A DNA stretch of 64,000 bases from an uncultured delta proteobacterium (GTDB lineage Bacteria; Myxococcota; UBA727; VGSZ01): NCBI GenBank assembly GCA_963775425.1, contig CAVZJB010000005.1, positions 352,001 to 416,000 on the forward strand, written 5' to 3'. The translations under genes were made by a program, and so were the position numbers. Position 1 is the stretch's first letter. Every line of letters starts with the position of its first letter. Below are positions 28,252 to 38,900 of the stretch, piece by piece. The notes under the pieces were generated by a model. It was not told where the DNA came from. It saw only the letters and a program-made list of their open reading frames with translations, and ran no database searches.

Positions 28252-29799
28252 GTGGGACGAAGAATTCACGCCCTCGGCGAACGCCTCGGCGCCGATCACA
28301 CGTTGCGAAGCGGCGAGGTCATCGGCGCAATTGACGTGGGAACCAACGCGGTTCGCCTCAAGCTCGCGCGCGTCCTCGACGACGGCACCTTCGAGCAGCT
28401 CCACCAGGAGCGGGACCCGGTGCGACCGGGGGAGGGCGTGTGGGAGACGGGGGAGATGAGCTCCGACGTCGTCGATCGCCTCGTGGGAGCGCTCCACGAA
28501 TACGCCGCCATCTGCCGGCGCTGGCGTGTGGGCCACCTGCGCGCCGTGGCCACCAGCGCGCTGCGCGAGGCCAAGAATCGCGACGAGGTCATCGAGCGGC
28601 TGCGCAAGGAGGCGGGCATCGAGCTCGAGGTGGTCTCGGGGCGCGAGGAGGCGCGGCTCATCTGCCTCGGCGTCTTGCGCGGCATGCCGGCCACCAGCCG
28701 CTCTCTCCTCGTCGACATCGGCGGCGGCTCTACGGAGGTTGCGCGCGCCGCCGGCGAAGAGCCGATGGAGCTGTGGTCCATCGCGCTCGGCGCGGTGCGG
28801 CTCACGGAGATGTTCGACGCCGACAAGGCCGTGAGCCGTGAGCAGCTCACAGCCATCCGTCGCTATGCGCAGCGGGCGGTGGCGGAGGCGTTGCCGTCGC
28901 GCATGCCCAGGGCGCCGAAGCACGCGGTGGGGTCGTCGGGGACCATCCGCGCCGTTTGCAGCTTCGCGCAGAAGCCGGGCACGGCCCACGCCACGCGCGA
29001 CGGCCTGTCGCGCGCAGTGGAGGAGCTCGTGACGCTCGGCCCGGTGGGGCGACGCAAGCGCTTCGACGCGCAGCGCGCGGGAATCCTCGTGGCCGGCGCC
29101 GTCATCCTCGAGAGCGTCGCGCACCACCTGCGCCTCGACAGCGTCACCGCCGTCGACGGCGGCCTCAAGGAAGGTCTCCTCGTCGACCTCGTGCGCCGCT
29201 CCAACCAGCGGCGCGAGGATCCCCTGCTGAGCGAGGCGGTGGTCGCCGCCGGGCGGCGCTTCAGCTTCGACGAGGGGCACGCGGTGCACACGCGTGACGT
29301 CGCCCTCGCGCTCTACGACCAGCTCGACGCGCTTCATCAGTTGCCCGCCGACGCGCGCCTCATCCTCGAAGTGGCGGCCGTGCTGCACGACGTGGGCAAC
29401 GTGGTGAGCCGCTCGCGCCACCACAAGCACTCGCTGTACCTCATCGGCAACATGGACCTCCCGGGCCTGTCCAACCACGAGCGCGACCTCGCCGCGCTGG
29501 TGGCGCGCTTTCACCGGCGCTCGCCGCCGCGCCGCGAGCACCCCACGCTGCAGCACTTGAACGAGGTGGAGCTGCGCCTGGTGCGCAAGCTGGTCGCGTT
29601 GTTGCGCATCGCCGACGCCACCGATCGCAGCCGGCAACAAGCCGTCGAGTCCGTTGACGTCGTCGTGCGCCCGCGGCGCGTCGTCGTGCGGCTGCACCCG
29701 AGGAGCAAGAAGGCCGTCGAGGCGTGGGACCTCGAGAGCGACGCCGCACTCTTCCGCGCCGTCTTCGGCCGGCGCCTGGAGATCGAGGTCGTGCGGTGA
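28252..29799 (+). CDS. ppx: Ppx/GppA family exopolyphosphatase with HD domain
   Basis: AIDVGTNAVRL, ATSALREAKN, SGREEARL, DIGGGSTE, GLKEG, LHDVG, HHKHS, LLRIAD. Confidence 0.92.
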   Translation: MGRRIHALGERLGADHTLRSGEVIGAIDVGTNAVRLKLARVLDDGTFEQLHQERDPVRPGEGVWETGEMSSDVVDRLVGALHEYAAICRRWRVGHLRAVATSALREAKNRDEVIERLRKEAGIELEVVSGREEARLICLGVLRGMPATSRSLLVDIGGGSTEVARAAGEEPMELWSIALGAVRLTEMFDADKAVSREQLTAIRRYAQRAVAEALPSRMPRAPKHAVGSSGTIRAVCSFAQKPGTAHATRDGLSRAVEELVTLGPVGRRKRFDAQRAGILVAGAVILESVAHHLRLDSVTAVDGGLKEGLLVDLVRRSNQRREDPLLSEAVVAAGRRFSFDEGHAVHTRDVALALYDQLDALHQLPADARLILEVAAVLHDVGNVVSRSRHHKHSLYLIGNMDLPGLSNHERDLAALVARFHRRSPPRREHPTLQHLNEVELRLVRKLVALLRIADATDRSRQQAVESVDVVVRPRRVVVRLHPRSKKAVEAWDLESDAALFRAVFGRRLEIEVVR

Positions 29800-31178
29800 G
29801 CCAGGGCGGGGGCCTCGGGCGCTTTGTCGAGGACGTCGTCTTGCTTCACCACAAGGCGCGCGCGGCGCTGCGCGTGGACACCGTCCACGATTTGCGCGTG
29901 GCCATCCGCCGCTGCCGCTCGCTCGCCCAGGGCCTGCGCGAGGTCGACGACGACGACGGCGCCGCGCGCTGGAAGGCGTTGAGCGACGCCGGCCGCCCGC
30001 TGTTCCAGGGCCTCGGCGAGCTGCGTGACAACCACGTGATGAAGGAGCACGTGAGCGCCCTGCTCGCGGGCGATCCCGCGCAGCCGCTGGTGATCGCCGC
30101 GGTCGACGCCCGCATCCGCGCCACCAAGGAGAGCGCGCGGGCCGCGGTGCGCGCCTTCGATCCCGCCGCGTGGCGCGCCGCCGCCAAGGAGCTCCCGGCG
30201 CGCGCCGAGGCGCTGCTCCTCGAGCGCGCGCTGTTCGATCACCTGTCGCTGCGCCGCCTCTACGAAGCCAAGGAGCTCCACCAGCAGGCGATGCGCTCGC
30301 GCAGCTCCACCGCGCTGCACGCGCTGCGCATCGGCACCAAGAAGCTCCGCTACAGCATCGAGAACTTCCTCCCCGACGCTCACATCGCCGTCGGCAAGGT
30401 GCTGAAGAAGCTGCAGGATGTCCTCGGCGACATCCACGACCTCGATGTGCTCGTGAGCACCCTCGGCTCGGAGCACGTGCGCCTGCACTCCGACGACAGG
30501 AGCCGCGTCTCGAGCCTCGTGCGCGCCCGGCGCGACGGCCTCGTCCTCGCCTACCGCGCGCAGACCCTCGGCGAGGGCGGCGCCTGGGTGCGCGTGCGCG
30601 CGGCCCTCGCGGACGGGCCCGCGGTCGCGCTCGCCCACGAGGCGCTCATGCTCAAGAAGGCGTCCGCGCGCGGTGTGCCGCAGAGCGCCGCGCGCGCGCT
30701 CGAACGCAGCGTCCACGTGCTCGTGCACGCGTTCCGGCGCGACCTCCGGGCGCTGCGCGATCCGCGCTTGCCGTCCCTGTTGCGGTGGGCGTGCGCCTGC
30801 GCCGGCGTCGACGGCGGCGGCAAGAAGGCGGCCCGGTTCGTCTCCCGCCTCCCGGCCGCCGTCGGCTTCGTCGAGCGCGATCGCGCGCTCCTCCTCGTCG
30901 TCGCCGCCGGCGGCTTCGGCCGCGCCCCTGCGCTCGCTGATCCACGCGTGCAGGCGCTCCCCGCGCGCGATCGCCCGCTCGCCGTCTCCGCCGGCGCGCT
31001 CCTTCACCTGGCGGTCTGCCTCGCGGCCTCCGCGCCCTTCGTGGTGAGGCGCACCCGCGACGTAGCGGTCGTGCACACGGCGACCTCGCTCACCGACCCG
31101 CGCGCGTTCGCCGAGCGCAGAGCGCCCCTCGAGGCGTTGGCGGGCGTGCCTTTGTGGTGGAAGAGCGGCCCGTCGTAG
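29796..31178 (+). CDS. CHAD domain (polyphosphate-binding) protein with C-terminal extension
   Basis: VHDLRVAIRRCRS, LGELRD, LHALRIGTKKLRYSIE, LQDVLGDIHD. GTGA overlap with ppx. Confidence 0.88.
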   Translation: MSQGGGLGRFVEDVVLLHHKARAALRVDTVHDLRVAIRRCRSLAQGLREVDDDDGAARWKALSDAGRPLFQGLGELRDNHVMKEHVSALLAGDPAQPLVIAAVDARIRATKESARAAVRAFDPAAWRAAAKELPARAEALLLERALFDHLSLRRLYEAKELHQQAMRSRSSTALHALRIGTKKLRYSIENFLPDAHIAVGKVLKKLQDVLGDIHDLDVLVSTLGSEHVRLHSDDRSRVSSLVRARRDGLVLAYRAQTLGEGGAWVRVRAALADGPAVALAHEALMLKKASARGVPQSAARALERSVHVLVHAFRRDLRALRDPRLPSLLRWACACAGVDGGGKKAARFVSRLPAAVGFVERDRALLLVVAAGGFGRAPALADPRVQALPARDRPLAVSAGALLHLAVCLAASAPFVVRRTRDVAVVHTATSLTDPRAFAERRAPLEALAGVPLWWKSGPS

Positions 31179-31200
31179 GTACGTTCCCCAAGAGGGCCTT

Positions 31201-32133
31201 ATGAACACGATGAAGGCCGTTCGATTCTACGAGTATGGTGCGCCGGAGGTGCTGACGCTCGAATACGACGTCCCCGTCCCCGTGCCCGGTGACGACGACG
31301 TGCTCGTGCGCGTCCACGCCGCCGCGGTGAACCCGCTCGACTGCAAGGTCCGTCAGGGGCGCTTGCACGCGATGATTCAACACAAGCTCCCGCTCATCCC
31401 CGGCTGGGACTTCTCCGGCGTCGTCGAGGGCACCGGGGCGGAGGTGTTCGGCAAGGCCGACGTCGCGCGCGACGGCGCGTACGCCGAGCTCATCGCCGTA
31501 CGCAGAGCGGAGGTCGCGGAGAAACCCCCGACGATCGATCACGTCCACGCGGCCGCGGTGCCCACGGCGGCGTTGACCGCGTGGCAGTCGCTGTTCGGCG
31601 AAGACGGTCACCCGTCGCTCGGGCTGCGCCGTGGCCAGACGCTGCTCATCCAGGGCGGCGCTGGCGGCGTCGGCAGCTTCGCGGTGCAGCTCGCGCACAT
31701 GGTGGGCGCAAGGGTGGTGGTCACCGCGCGGAAGGACAACGAGCGCTACCTGCGCGACCTCGGCGCTGACGAGACCATCGACTACGAAAACGAGCTGTTC
31801 GAGGATCGCATCAAGTACGTCGACGCCGTGCTCGACCTCGTCGGCGGCGACATCCAGGACCGATCCTGGGGCGTGTTGCGGCCGGGCGGCTCCCTGGCGT
31901 CGACGGTGCATCCGCCGAGCGAACAGATGGCCAAGCGCTACGACGTGCGTCCGGTAACGGTCGGCGCGCATATGACCAAGGAGCACCTCGAGGAGATCTC
32001 CCGGCTCATCGACGACGGCTTGCTGCACGTGCCGGTCACGGAGGTGATGCCGCTCGAGCAGGCGCGCCGCGCGCACGAGATCAGCGAGAGCGGGCACGCT
32101 CGCGGCAAGCTGGTCTTGAAGGTCACGGCATAG
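31201..32133 (+). CDS. NADP-dependent oxidoreductase (MDR/quinone oxidoreductase family)
   Basis: AAAVNPLD, PGWDFSG, LTAWQSL, LIQGGAGGVGSFAVQLA, GHARGKLVL. Confidence 0.92.
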   Translation: MNTMKAVRFYEYGAPEVLTLEYDVPVPVPGDDDVLVRVHAAAVNPLDCKVRQGRLHAMIQHKLPLIPGWDFSGVVEGTGAEVFGKADVARDGAYAELIAVRRAEVAEKPPTIDHVHAAAVPTAALTAWQSLFGEDGHPSLGLRRGQTLLIQGGAGGVGSFAVQLAHMVGARVVVTARKDNERYLRDLGADETIDYENELFEDRIKYVDAVLDLVGGDIQDRSWGVLRPGGSLASTVHPPSEQMAKRYDVRPVTVGAHMTKEHLEEISRLIDDGLLHVPVTEVMPLEQARRAHEISESGHARGKLVLKVTA

Positions 32134-32134
32134 G

Positions 32135-32155
32135 GGCGGGGGGCTCGCCCCCGCC
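32135..32155. terminator. Hairpin between convergent genes
   Basis: GGCGGGGG-GCTCG-CCCCCGCC directly after the TAG. No U-tract. Confidence 0.4.
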
Positions 32156-32163
32156 TCGCGGCG

Positions 32164-32802
32164 TCAGCCCTTGGACATCTCGAGACCGCTCACGTCGATG
32201 GCGATCTCGACGTCGCCGGCGGCGGGCTTGTGGTCGCTGTTGGACTCCGACGCCAGGTGCGCGGCGGTCTTGTCGTCGAGCACCTTGGTCGAGAGCGTGC
32301 CCTCGACGACGGCCTTCATGCCGACGGCCGAGTGCGGGACGAAGATGTCGTGGGCGCGCGTGGAGATGCGGATGTGGTCCTCGGGCTTGTCGCCCTGCAC
32401 CACGAACCAGCAGCCGCGCTTGGAGCAGACGTCGCTGACGGTGCCGGTGAGCTTGACCTTCTTGCCGTCGAGCTCCTTGGCCTTGTGCACGGCCACCGAC
32501 ACGGGCGTGGCCTCGAGCGAGGCGGTCAGCGGCGCGCCGCGGCGCACGACGCCGTCGGCGTCGACCTGGTCGCGGTTGGCGGAGCGGGCGGCTTCGCCGC
32601 CGTCGTGGTCGGCGTCGGCGTCGGTGCCCTTGTCGACGTCGCCCGCGCCGGCGGCGTCGGCCTTGTCGTCGGACGTGGGCTGCGACGACGGGCCGGGCCT
32701 GGTCACCGGCGTGGGTGCCGGCGGCGGCGCCGACGACGTCGTGGCGCACGCGGCGCAGGTGGCGAGGGTGAGGAGCGTGGAGGAGATGACGCGCGTGTAC
32801 AT
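32164..32802 (-). CDS. DUF4920-like OB-fold lipoprotein
   Basis: Lipobox CAAC; GTVSDVCSKRGCWF, IFVP, AVVEG. Confidence 0.75.
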   Translation of the reverse strand: MYTRVISSTLLTLATCAACATTSSAPPPAPTPVTRPGPSSQPTSDDKADAAGAGDVDKGTDADADHDGGEAARSANRDQVDADGVVRRGAPLTASLEATPVSVAVHKAKELDGKKVKLTGTVSDVCSKRGCWFVVQGDKPEDHIRISTRAHDIFVPHSAVGMKAVVEGTLSTKVLDDKTAAHLASESNSDHKPAAGDVEIAIDVSGLEMSKG

Positions 32803-32811
32803 GCCCGCCGT

Positions 32812-33336
32812 CTACGCGGCCGCCGTCGGCTCCACAAGGGGCGCGGCCTGGGAGCGGAGCGCGGCGACGACGTCGTCGCTGGGCGGGATCGCCCGGTAGA
32901 CGTTGTTCTGCTCGCGGGCGGTGTGGTGCTCGAGCGTGCCGAGGAGCCGGTAGAGCACGGGGAGGCGCTCCAGGACCGCGCGGCGCGGCGCCGGTGCGTC
33001 CGCCTCCGTCGCGGGGGGCGCGCGCGAGAGCTCCGCGAGGATCGCGCGCACCGCTTCGACGTGGCGCAGGAGGATGGTGTGGTCGCCGGCGACGTGGTCG
33101 AGCCGCCCGGGCCCGTCCTTGGGGGCGTGCGGCGCGTACAGCGGGAGCACCTGCGCCTCTTCGAAGCTCATGTGCACGACGAGGCGCGCGGCCAGCGCCT
33201 CGAATACGGCGGCGGCGCCGGCGACGTCGAGCGACACGAGCTTGTCGAGCACGGCGTAGACGGCGTCCTCGAGCGCGGCGTGCACGGCGCCGTGGATCTC
33301 GAGGAGGGCGGTCGGCTCGGGGGGAGGCGGGGACAT
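32812..33336 (-). CDS. Hemerythrin/HHE cation-binding domain protein
   Basis: EIHGAVH, HMSFEEAQVLP, GDH, HHTAREQNNVY. Confidence 0.75.
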   Translation of the reverse strand: MSPPPPEPTALLEIHGAVHAALEDAVYAVLDKLVSLDVAGAAAVFEALAARLVVHMSFEEAQVLPLYAPHAPKDGPGRLDHVAGDHTILLRHVEAVRAILAELSRAPPATEADAPAPRRAVLERLPVLYRLLGTLEHHTAREQNNVYRAIPPSDDVVAALRSQAAPLVEPTAAA

Positions 33337-33383
33337 GGCGCCGGCTACCGCGAAAAAGCCCGTCCCGGTAGGGTCGGTGGAAG

Positions 33384-35804
33384 ATGGCCCCCGGACGGCT
33401 CTTCTCCGCGCCGCGCGCGCCCGCCGAGGGCGAGGTCGATCTGCGCAGCCCCATCGGCGCCTTCGGCCGCTACGACCTCCTCGAGAAGATCGGCGTCGGT
33501 GCGGCGAGCGAGACGTTCGTCGCGCGGTCCGACGGCTTCGAGGGCTTGTTCCGCTTGAGCGCGCTCAAGCGCATGAAGGCCGCGCTGTGTGCGGACACCG
33601 CCCTCGTCTCGCGCTTCATCGAGGAGGCGCGGCTCGCGGTGCGCGTGGAGCACCCGGGCACCGTCACCGTCGACGACTTCGGGCGCGTCGGCGGCGTCTA
33701 CTTCATCGCGTTCGAGCTCGTCGACGGCGTCACGCTCGAGGAGCTCATCGCGCGGCTGGCCGCGCGCGGCCTCGAGCTCGACCCTCGCGCGGCGGCCTAC
33801 ATCGTGCGCGCCGTGGCGCAGGCCGTTGACGCCGTGCACCGCACGCGCGGCGCCGACGGCAACGTCCTCGGCCTCGTCCACGGCGACCTCCAGCCCAAGA
33901 ACGTCCTCGTGTCGCGCGACGGCAAGGTCAAGCTCCGTGGCTTTGCGGCGCCCTCCATCTTCGCGGACGTCGCCACGCTCAAGGACGCGGTCGGCGTCGC
34001 CGGCGTCGCGCACCAGGCGCCCGAGATCCTGGCGGGGGCGTCACCGTCTTCGCGCGGGGACGTCTGGAGCCTCGGCGTGCTGTTGTTCGAGCTGCTCACG
34101 GGTGGCCGCATGTTCACCGGGGGGCGCGTCGACGACGTCGTCACCGGCGTGCGCTCGGTGCCCGTCGCGCCCCCGTCCGCGCGCCGGCCGGGCCTGCCGG
34201 GCGCGCTCGACGCCATCGTCGACGAGGCGCTCGTGCGGGTGGCCGATCAGCGCCCCGGCGACGCGCGCGCGTGGTCGCTCGCCATCGACGCCTTCCTCGA
34301 CGGCGCCGGCTACGAGGAAGCCGCCTTCGCGAGCACCCTCGCGGACCTCGACGACGACGACGCGCGCGGCGGCCCGGTCGGCCGGCAGCCGACGCGCGTC
34401 ACGCGCAACCCGCGCGGCTCCACGGGCAAGCGGTCGAGGTCCGTGGACCTGCCGGCGGCGCCCATGCTCGTCGAGCAGCTCCGCAAGGACCCGGGGCCGT
34501 GGGGCCTCGTGCGGCTCGCGGAGCGCACCGCCGCCGACGGCCGCGTCGACGAAGCGCGGGCCATGTTCCGAGCGGCTGCGGTGCTGTTCGCCTCGCGCGG
34601 GCTGCTCGCGCACGCCCTGTGCGCGTACGACGGGGCGCGCGCCAGCCTCGGCGCCGACGACGTGTCCTTCGATCTCAAGAAGCTCTCCGAGCTCGGCGGC
34701 GGGGACCTCGCGCTGCGGCAACGCGAGCTGCGACGGGTGGGCGGGATCGTGTACCTCGAAGCATTGCGTGCGCAGAGCGACGGACTCGACCGGGGCATCG
34801 CGGTGGCCACGCCGTTTCTGAGCGCGCTGCCGCCCGAGGCGTTTGCGCGGCTGGCGTCGCTGTCGCGCGTTCGCCGCGTGCTCCCGAGCAGCCACGTGTT
34901 GCGCGAGGGAGAGCCCGGCGACTCCTTGTTCGCCATCGGTGAGGGGCGCCTCGTCGTCACCTGCACACCTTCGAGCATCGATCCCGGCGACGGCGCCGTC
35001 GCCATCGACGAGGCGCCCGACGAGTTCGAGGAGCGCACCGATCCCGGCCTCGGCGTCAAGCGCGTCTCCGGCGTGGTGGTGGCGCCTGGTCTGGAGTCGG
35101 AGCTCGGGCGCCAGCTCGACGACGACAACCGCGAGCTGGCCATCGTGGATCCGTCGCAGACGCGCGTGTTCCTCTCGGCGCTCACGAGCGGCGATCTCTT
35201 CGGCGAGTTCTCCTTCCTCACCGGACGTCCGCGCAGCGCGAGCGTGGAGGCGGTGACGTCGTGCCGCCTGGTGGAGATCACCAAGCGCGCCGTGGGCGGC
35301 CTGCTCGATGAGCACCTCGAGCTCCGTGACGCGCTCGAGGCGTTCTACAAAGAGCGCGTGCTCGAGTGGATGCTCGCCAAAAACGAGGTGTTCTCGCTGC
35401 TCGAGCCGGAGACACGGCGCATGTTGCTCTCGCAGTGCGGCGTCTACGACATCCCCGCCGGAAAGACCGTGGTGCGGGAGGGCGAGCTGCACGACGCCAT
35501 GTATTTCATCAAGCGCGGCGAGGTGGAGGTCACCACCACCGACGCCGGCATCCAGGTCTTCATCAACAAGCTCGGCGCCGGCGAGTTCTTCGGCGAGATC
35601 GCCGCGCTCGAGGGCGGGCCCCGGCGGGCGAGCGTCAAGGCGGTCACGGATCTCGAGGTCTTTCGCATCACGCGCAAGGATCTCGCCCACGTCCTGCACG
35701 ACGCCCCCGACGTGAAGCGCCGCCTCGAGCAAGCCATGCGCGCGCGCTCCGCCGAGCTGTCGCGGCGCATCCACGAGCAGCGCAAAGTCCTCGCGTCCAC
35801 GTAA
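33384..35804 (+). CDS. Ser/Thr pseudokinase - TPR-like helices - two cyclic-nucleotide-binding domains
   Basis: Kinase: IGVGAASETF, ALKRM, HGDLQPKNV, KLRGFA (no DFG), HQAPE, DVWSLG. cNMP domains: GDLFGEFSFLTGRPRSASV and GEFFGEIAALEGGPRRASV. Confidence 0.88.
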   Translation: MAPGRLFSAPRAPAEGEVDLRSPIGAFGRYDLLEKIGVGAASETFVARSDGFEGLFRLSALKRMKAALCADTALVSRFIEEARLAVRVEHPGTVTVDDFGRVGGVYFIAFELVDGVTLEELIARLAARGLELDPRAAAYIVRAVAQAVDAVHRTRGADGNVLGLVHGDLQPKNVLVSRDGKVKLRGFAAPSIFADVATLKDAVGVAGVAHQAPEILAGASPSSRGDVWSLGVLLFELLTGGRMFTGGRVDDVVTGVRSVPVAPPSARRPGLPGALDAIVDEALVRVADQRPGDARAWSLAIDAFLDGAGYEEAAFASTLADLDDDDARGGPVGRQPTRVTRNPRGSTGKRSRSVDLPAAPMLVEQLRKDPGPWGLVRLAERTAADGRVDEARAMFRAAAVLFASRGLLAHALCAYDGARASLGADDVSFDLKKLSELGGGDLALRQRELRRVGGIVYLEALRAQSDGLDRGIAVATPFLSALPPEAFARLASLSRVRRVLPSSHVLREGEPGDSLFAIGEGRLVVTCTPSSIDPGDGAVAIDEAPDEFEERTDPGLGVKRVSGVVVAPGLESELGRQLDDDNRELAIVDPSQTRVFLSALTSGDLFGEFSFLTGRPRSASVEAVTSCRLVEITKRAVGGLLDEHLELRDALEAFYKERVLEWMLAKNEVFSLLEPETRRMLLSQCGVYDIPAGKTVVREGELHDAMYFIKRGEVEVTTTDAGIQVFINKLGAGEFFGEIAALEGGPRRASVKAVTDLEVFRITRKDLAHVLHDAPDVKRRLEQAMRARSAELSRRIHEQRKVLAST

Positions 35805-35806
35805 TT

Positions 35807-35904
35807 GTGAGATCGCCTGTCGGCGACCTCACTTGCGCGCTGCGCGCGCCTCGCTCCGCTCGCACGCGGCGTCGGCAGCTTCCGAAGTCGCTGCCTCCGC
35901 CGCG
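35807..35904. repeat. REP-like cluster of palindromes in convergent intergenic region
   Basis: GTGAGATCGCC-TGTC-GGCGACCTCAC (35807-35832); GCGCGC..GCGCGC; nested CGCGGCG..GGCAGC..CTTC/GAAG..GCTGCC..CGCCGCG (35865-35904). Confidence 0.6.
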
Positions 35905-35962
35905 CTTCATTTCTTTGGGCTTGTCGTCGTCGATGATCGGCGCGACGCGCCCCGCGTCGGCG

Positions 35963-38900
35963 TCAGCCCGCGCGGACGGTGACGGCGGGGCGGGCGGCGG
36001 CGCCGACGGTCTCGAGGAAGCGCTCCTTCATGGAGGCGAACATCGCCGGCGCCGGGTCGACGCGCTCCTTCGGCTTCTTCTTCGCCGGCGCCTTTCCGCT
36101 CGCGGCGGCGGCGGCGGCCACGGCGCGCGAGACGCTCGCCGACTCGGCGTCGCGCTTGGCGGCCTCGAAGCCCGCGAGCAGCATGGCCAGGCGCTCCAGC
36201 GGATCGGAGACGCCGGCGAGGTCGAAGACCTCCTCGGGGCCCAGGGCGCGCAGCGCGTCGCCCAGCGCGGCCGGGCCCTTCTTCACGAGGCCGTGGGCGT
36301 CGTTTACGCCGTGGGCCTCGAGCACCGCGCGGCCGCGCGGGCCGTCGAAGAACGCGGCGGCGGCGTCGCCGACGACGAAGTCGCTGAGGCGGTCGAGGTC
36401 GAGGCCGGCGACGAAGAACCGGTCGAGCAGGGTGACGCCGATCTCCACCAGCGCGTCGCGCGAGAACGCCCGCAGCTCGCGCGGGTCGATGCCGGCGTCG
36501 AGGTAGCGGAGCAGGGCGCGCGTGTCGAACAGCGGCGCATAGCGCTTCTCGTGCTCGAGCACGTGCTCGTCGCTCTCCGGCACCTCCGGCGCAACGTCGA
36601 GCGCGGTGACGTCGCCGAGCACCTCGACGTGCCCCGTGGCCTCGTCGAAGCGCATGCCGATGTTGGCGAAGCTCGCCTTGAGCACGTCGACGAGCGGCGC
36701 AGCCTTCGCGGCGACGTCGCCGACCTTGCCGAGCTCGACGAAGCCCGCGTAGCGCTCGGCGCGGGCGCGCGCGAACGCGAGCTCGCCGAGCCGTATCTCC
36801 TTGGCGCCCTCGTTGAGCACGCCCACCTCGCTGTGCAGCGCCCAGTCGACGAAGCTCTTGTCGGGGCTGTCGACGAGGAGATCGAGGTCGCTGCCGCCGC
36901 CGAAGCGCGCCTTGGTGATGCCGCCCATGAGGTGGAGCGAGGCGTCCTTGGCGCGCGGATCCCGCAGGAGCACCCGCGCGGCGTGGAGCAGGTCGCCCTC
37001 CTTCTTCTTGAGCGCGGCCAGCGCCTCGGCGTCGGTGTACGGCGCGGCGAGGTCTCGCTCGAGCTTCTCCGCCCAACGCGACGACATGCGCAGCCGCTCC
37101 GGTCGCTCGGCGAGGAAGGCGAGGTCGGCGCTCTCGAAGATGCGCCACGGCAACCCGTTCAAGAGGTAGCGCGCCGCGTTGGTGCGCATGAGCGTGTACT
37201 CGGGGCCGGCGAAGCGGTCGCCGAGGATGCGCTCCGCGAGCCCGGCTGCGCGCGCGAACGCCGTGGGCGGCGCCGGAGAGAGGTGCTCGGGCGTCGTGAG
37301 GGGCTCGACGCTGACGATGTCCATGGACGCGAGCAGGGCGTCGCCCGCCTCGTCGAACGCGTGCTTGACGGCGCCGTCGGCGAGGTGCGCCTCGAGCGTC
37401 TGCTCCGTGCCCGGGAGGTCGGAGACGATGTGGAGCGCGCCGAAGTCGATGTAGCTGTCCTCGAACGCCTGCGCGAAGAAGCCGCTCTCCATCTCCACGG
37501 CGTCGAAGCCCGCGATGCGCATGTCGGCGATGAGCTCCGCGGTCTCCTCGAGCGGTGAGCGCACGAGGGCCGTCTTCGCCTCCAGCGTGGCCGCCAGCCC
37601 TGCGTCGTCGATGTACGGCTTGAGGAGGTTGTCCACACGAAGCGCGCGGCCGTCGTGGGCTTCGATGCGCGAAGGGAGCACGAGGTCGCCGAGGGCGCTG
37701 TCGACGCCGAGGCCGCCGGCGGTGCCCGCGACCACCACTTTCTGCACGCCTTGCTCGAGGAGCGCCGTCCCCAGGTGCCGCGCGAGCTCTCCGTACGGCA
37801 TCCGCACGATCCGCAGCGCCTTGGGCCGGCCGTCGCTCGTGCGCACGACGAGCGCCGCCTGGTCGAGCATGTCGCCGCCGACGTCGGCGACGTACGCCGC
37901 CGATCCATCGGCCAACGCGCGGGCAGCGTCGACGAGCGCGGCCTGATTCGGCGTTGTGCGCGCGGATGCGCGGGCCGCCCGCTCCTGCAGCGAGGCGACC
38001 GCGCGCTCGACGGACTCCACCGCGCGCTTGCGGCGGAACACGAAGTGCGCCGCGCTCTGCGCGCCGCGCCCGCGCTCCACGAGCGCGAGCGCTTCGGCCA
38101 CGGCGGGCGGGCGCGCGTCCGCGGGGACGGCGGCGAGGACGTCGACGGCGGCGGCGGCGGCGGCGCGTCGCGCGAGATCGCGCTTGAACGTGTTGACGAA
38201 GCCGACGACGACGAGGTCCGGCGCCTGGCCCGTGGCGAGCACCGCGCGCGTATAGGAGCGCACGGCCTCGACGTCGGCGCGCATGGGCTCGCGGCGCAGC
38301 TCGATGTTCTTCCCGGAGACGCCCGCCATGCGCCACAGGAGCTGCTGGTGAAAGACGCGCTCGAAGCCCCACAGCTCCGTCATCACCCAGCGCAGCTCGC
38401 CGGACTCCGCGTTCTTGGCGAGCCAGAGCTGGTTGAAGCGCTCGCCCTTGGGCACCTCGACGCGCGCGACCTCGCCGAAGCCGCGCGCAGCGAGCGATGC
38501 GAACGTCGCCTCGCGGCTGCCCTCGTGGATCTCGACGATCCTCCCGTGGGCCACGACGTCGTCGATCACCGCAGGCCACAAGCGCGCGCGCACGTAACCG
38601 TCGACGTCGTGCATCGAGTGCGGCGCGCTCGGGTCGACGGCGTCCACCTCGGGGAAGTAGCCCGCCCGCACAAGCTCGAGGGGCACCGGCGCGCCGTCGA
38701 CCTGCGGCAGCGGCTGGGCCGGCAGGAGCGCGAAGCGGTCGCGGAAGGTGAGCTCGCCGCGCGTGTGCGTGAGCGCCTCGGCGGCGGCCGCCACCAGGGC
38801 GCCGGCGCGCTCCACGGAGGCGCCGGCGGCGACGAGGGCGGCGGCGGCGACGGCGTCGGCATCGCCTCGCGACAAGCCGTGCGCCCGTGGCGCCGGGGGC

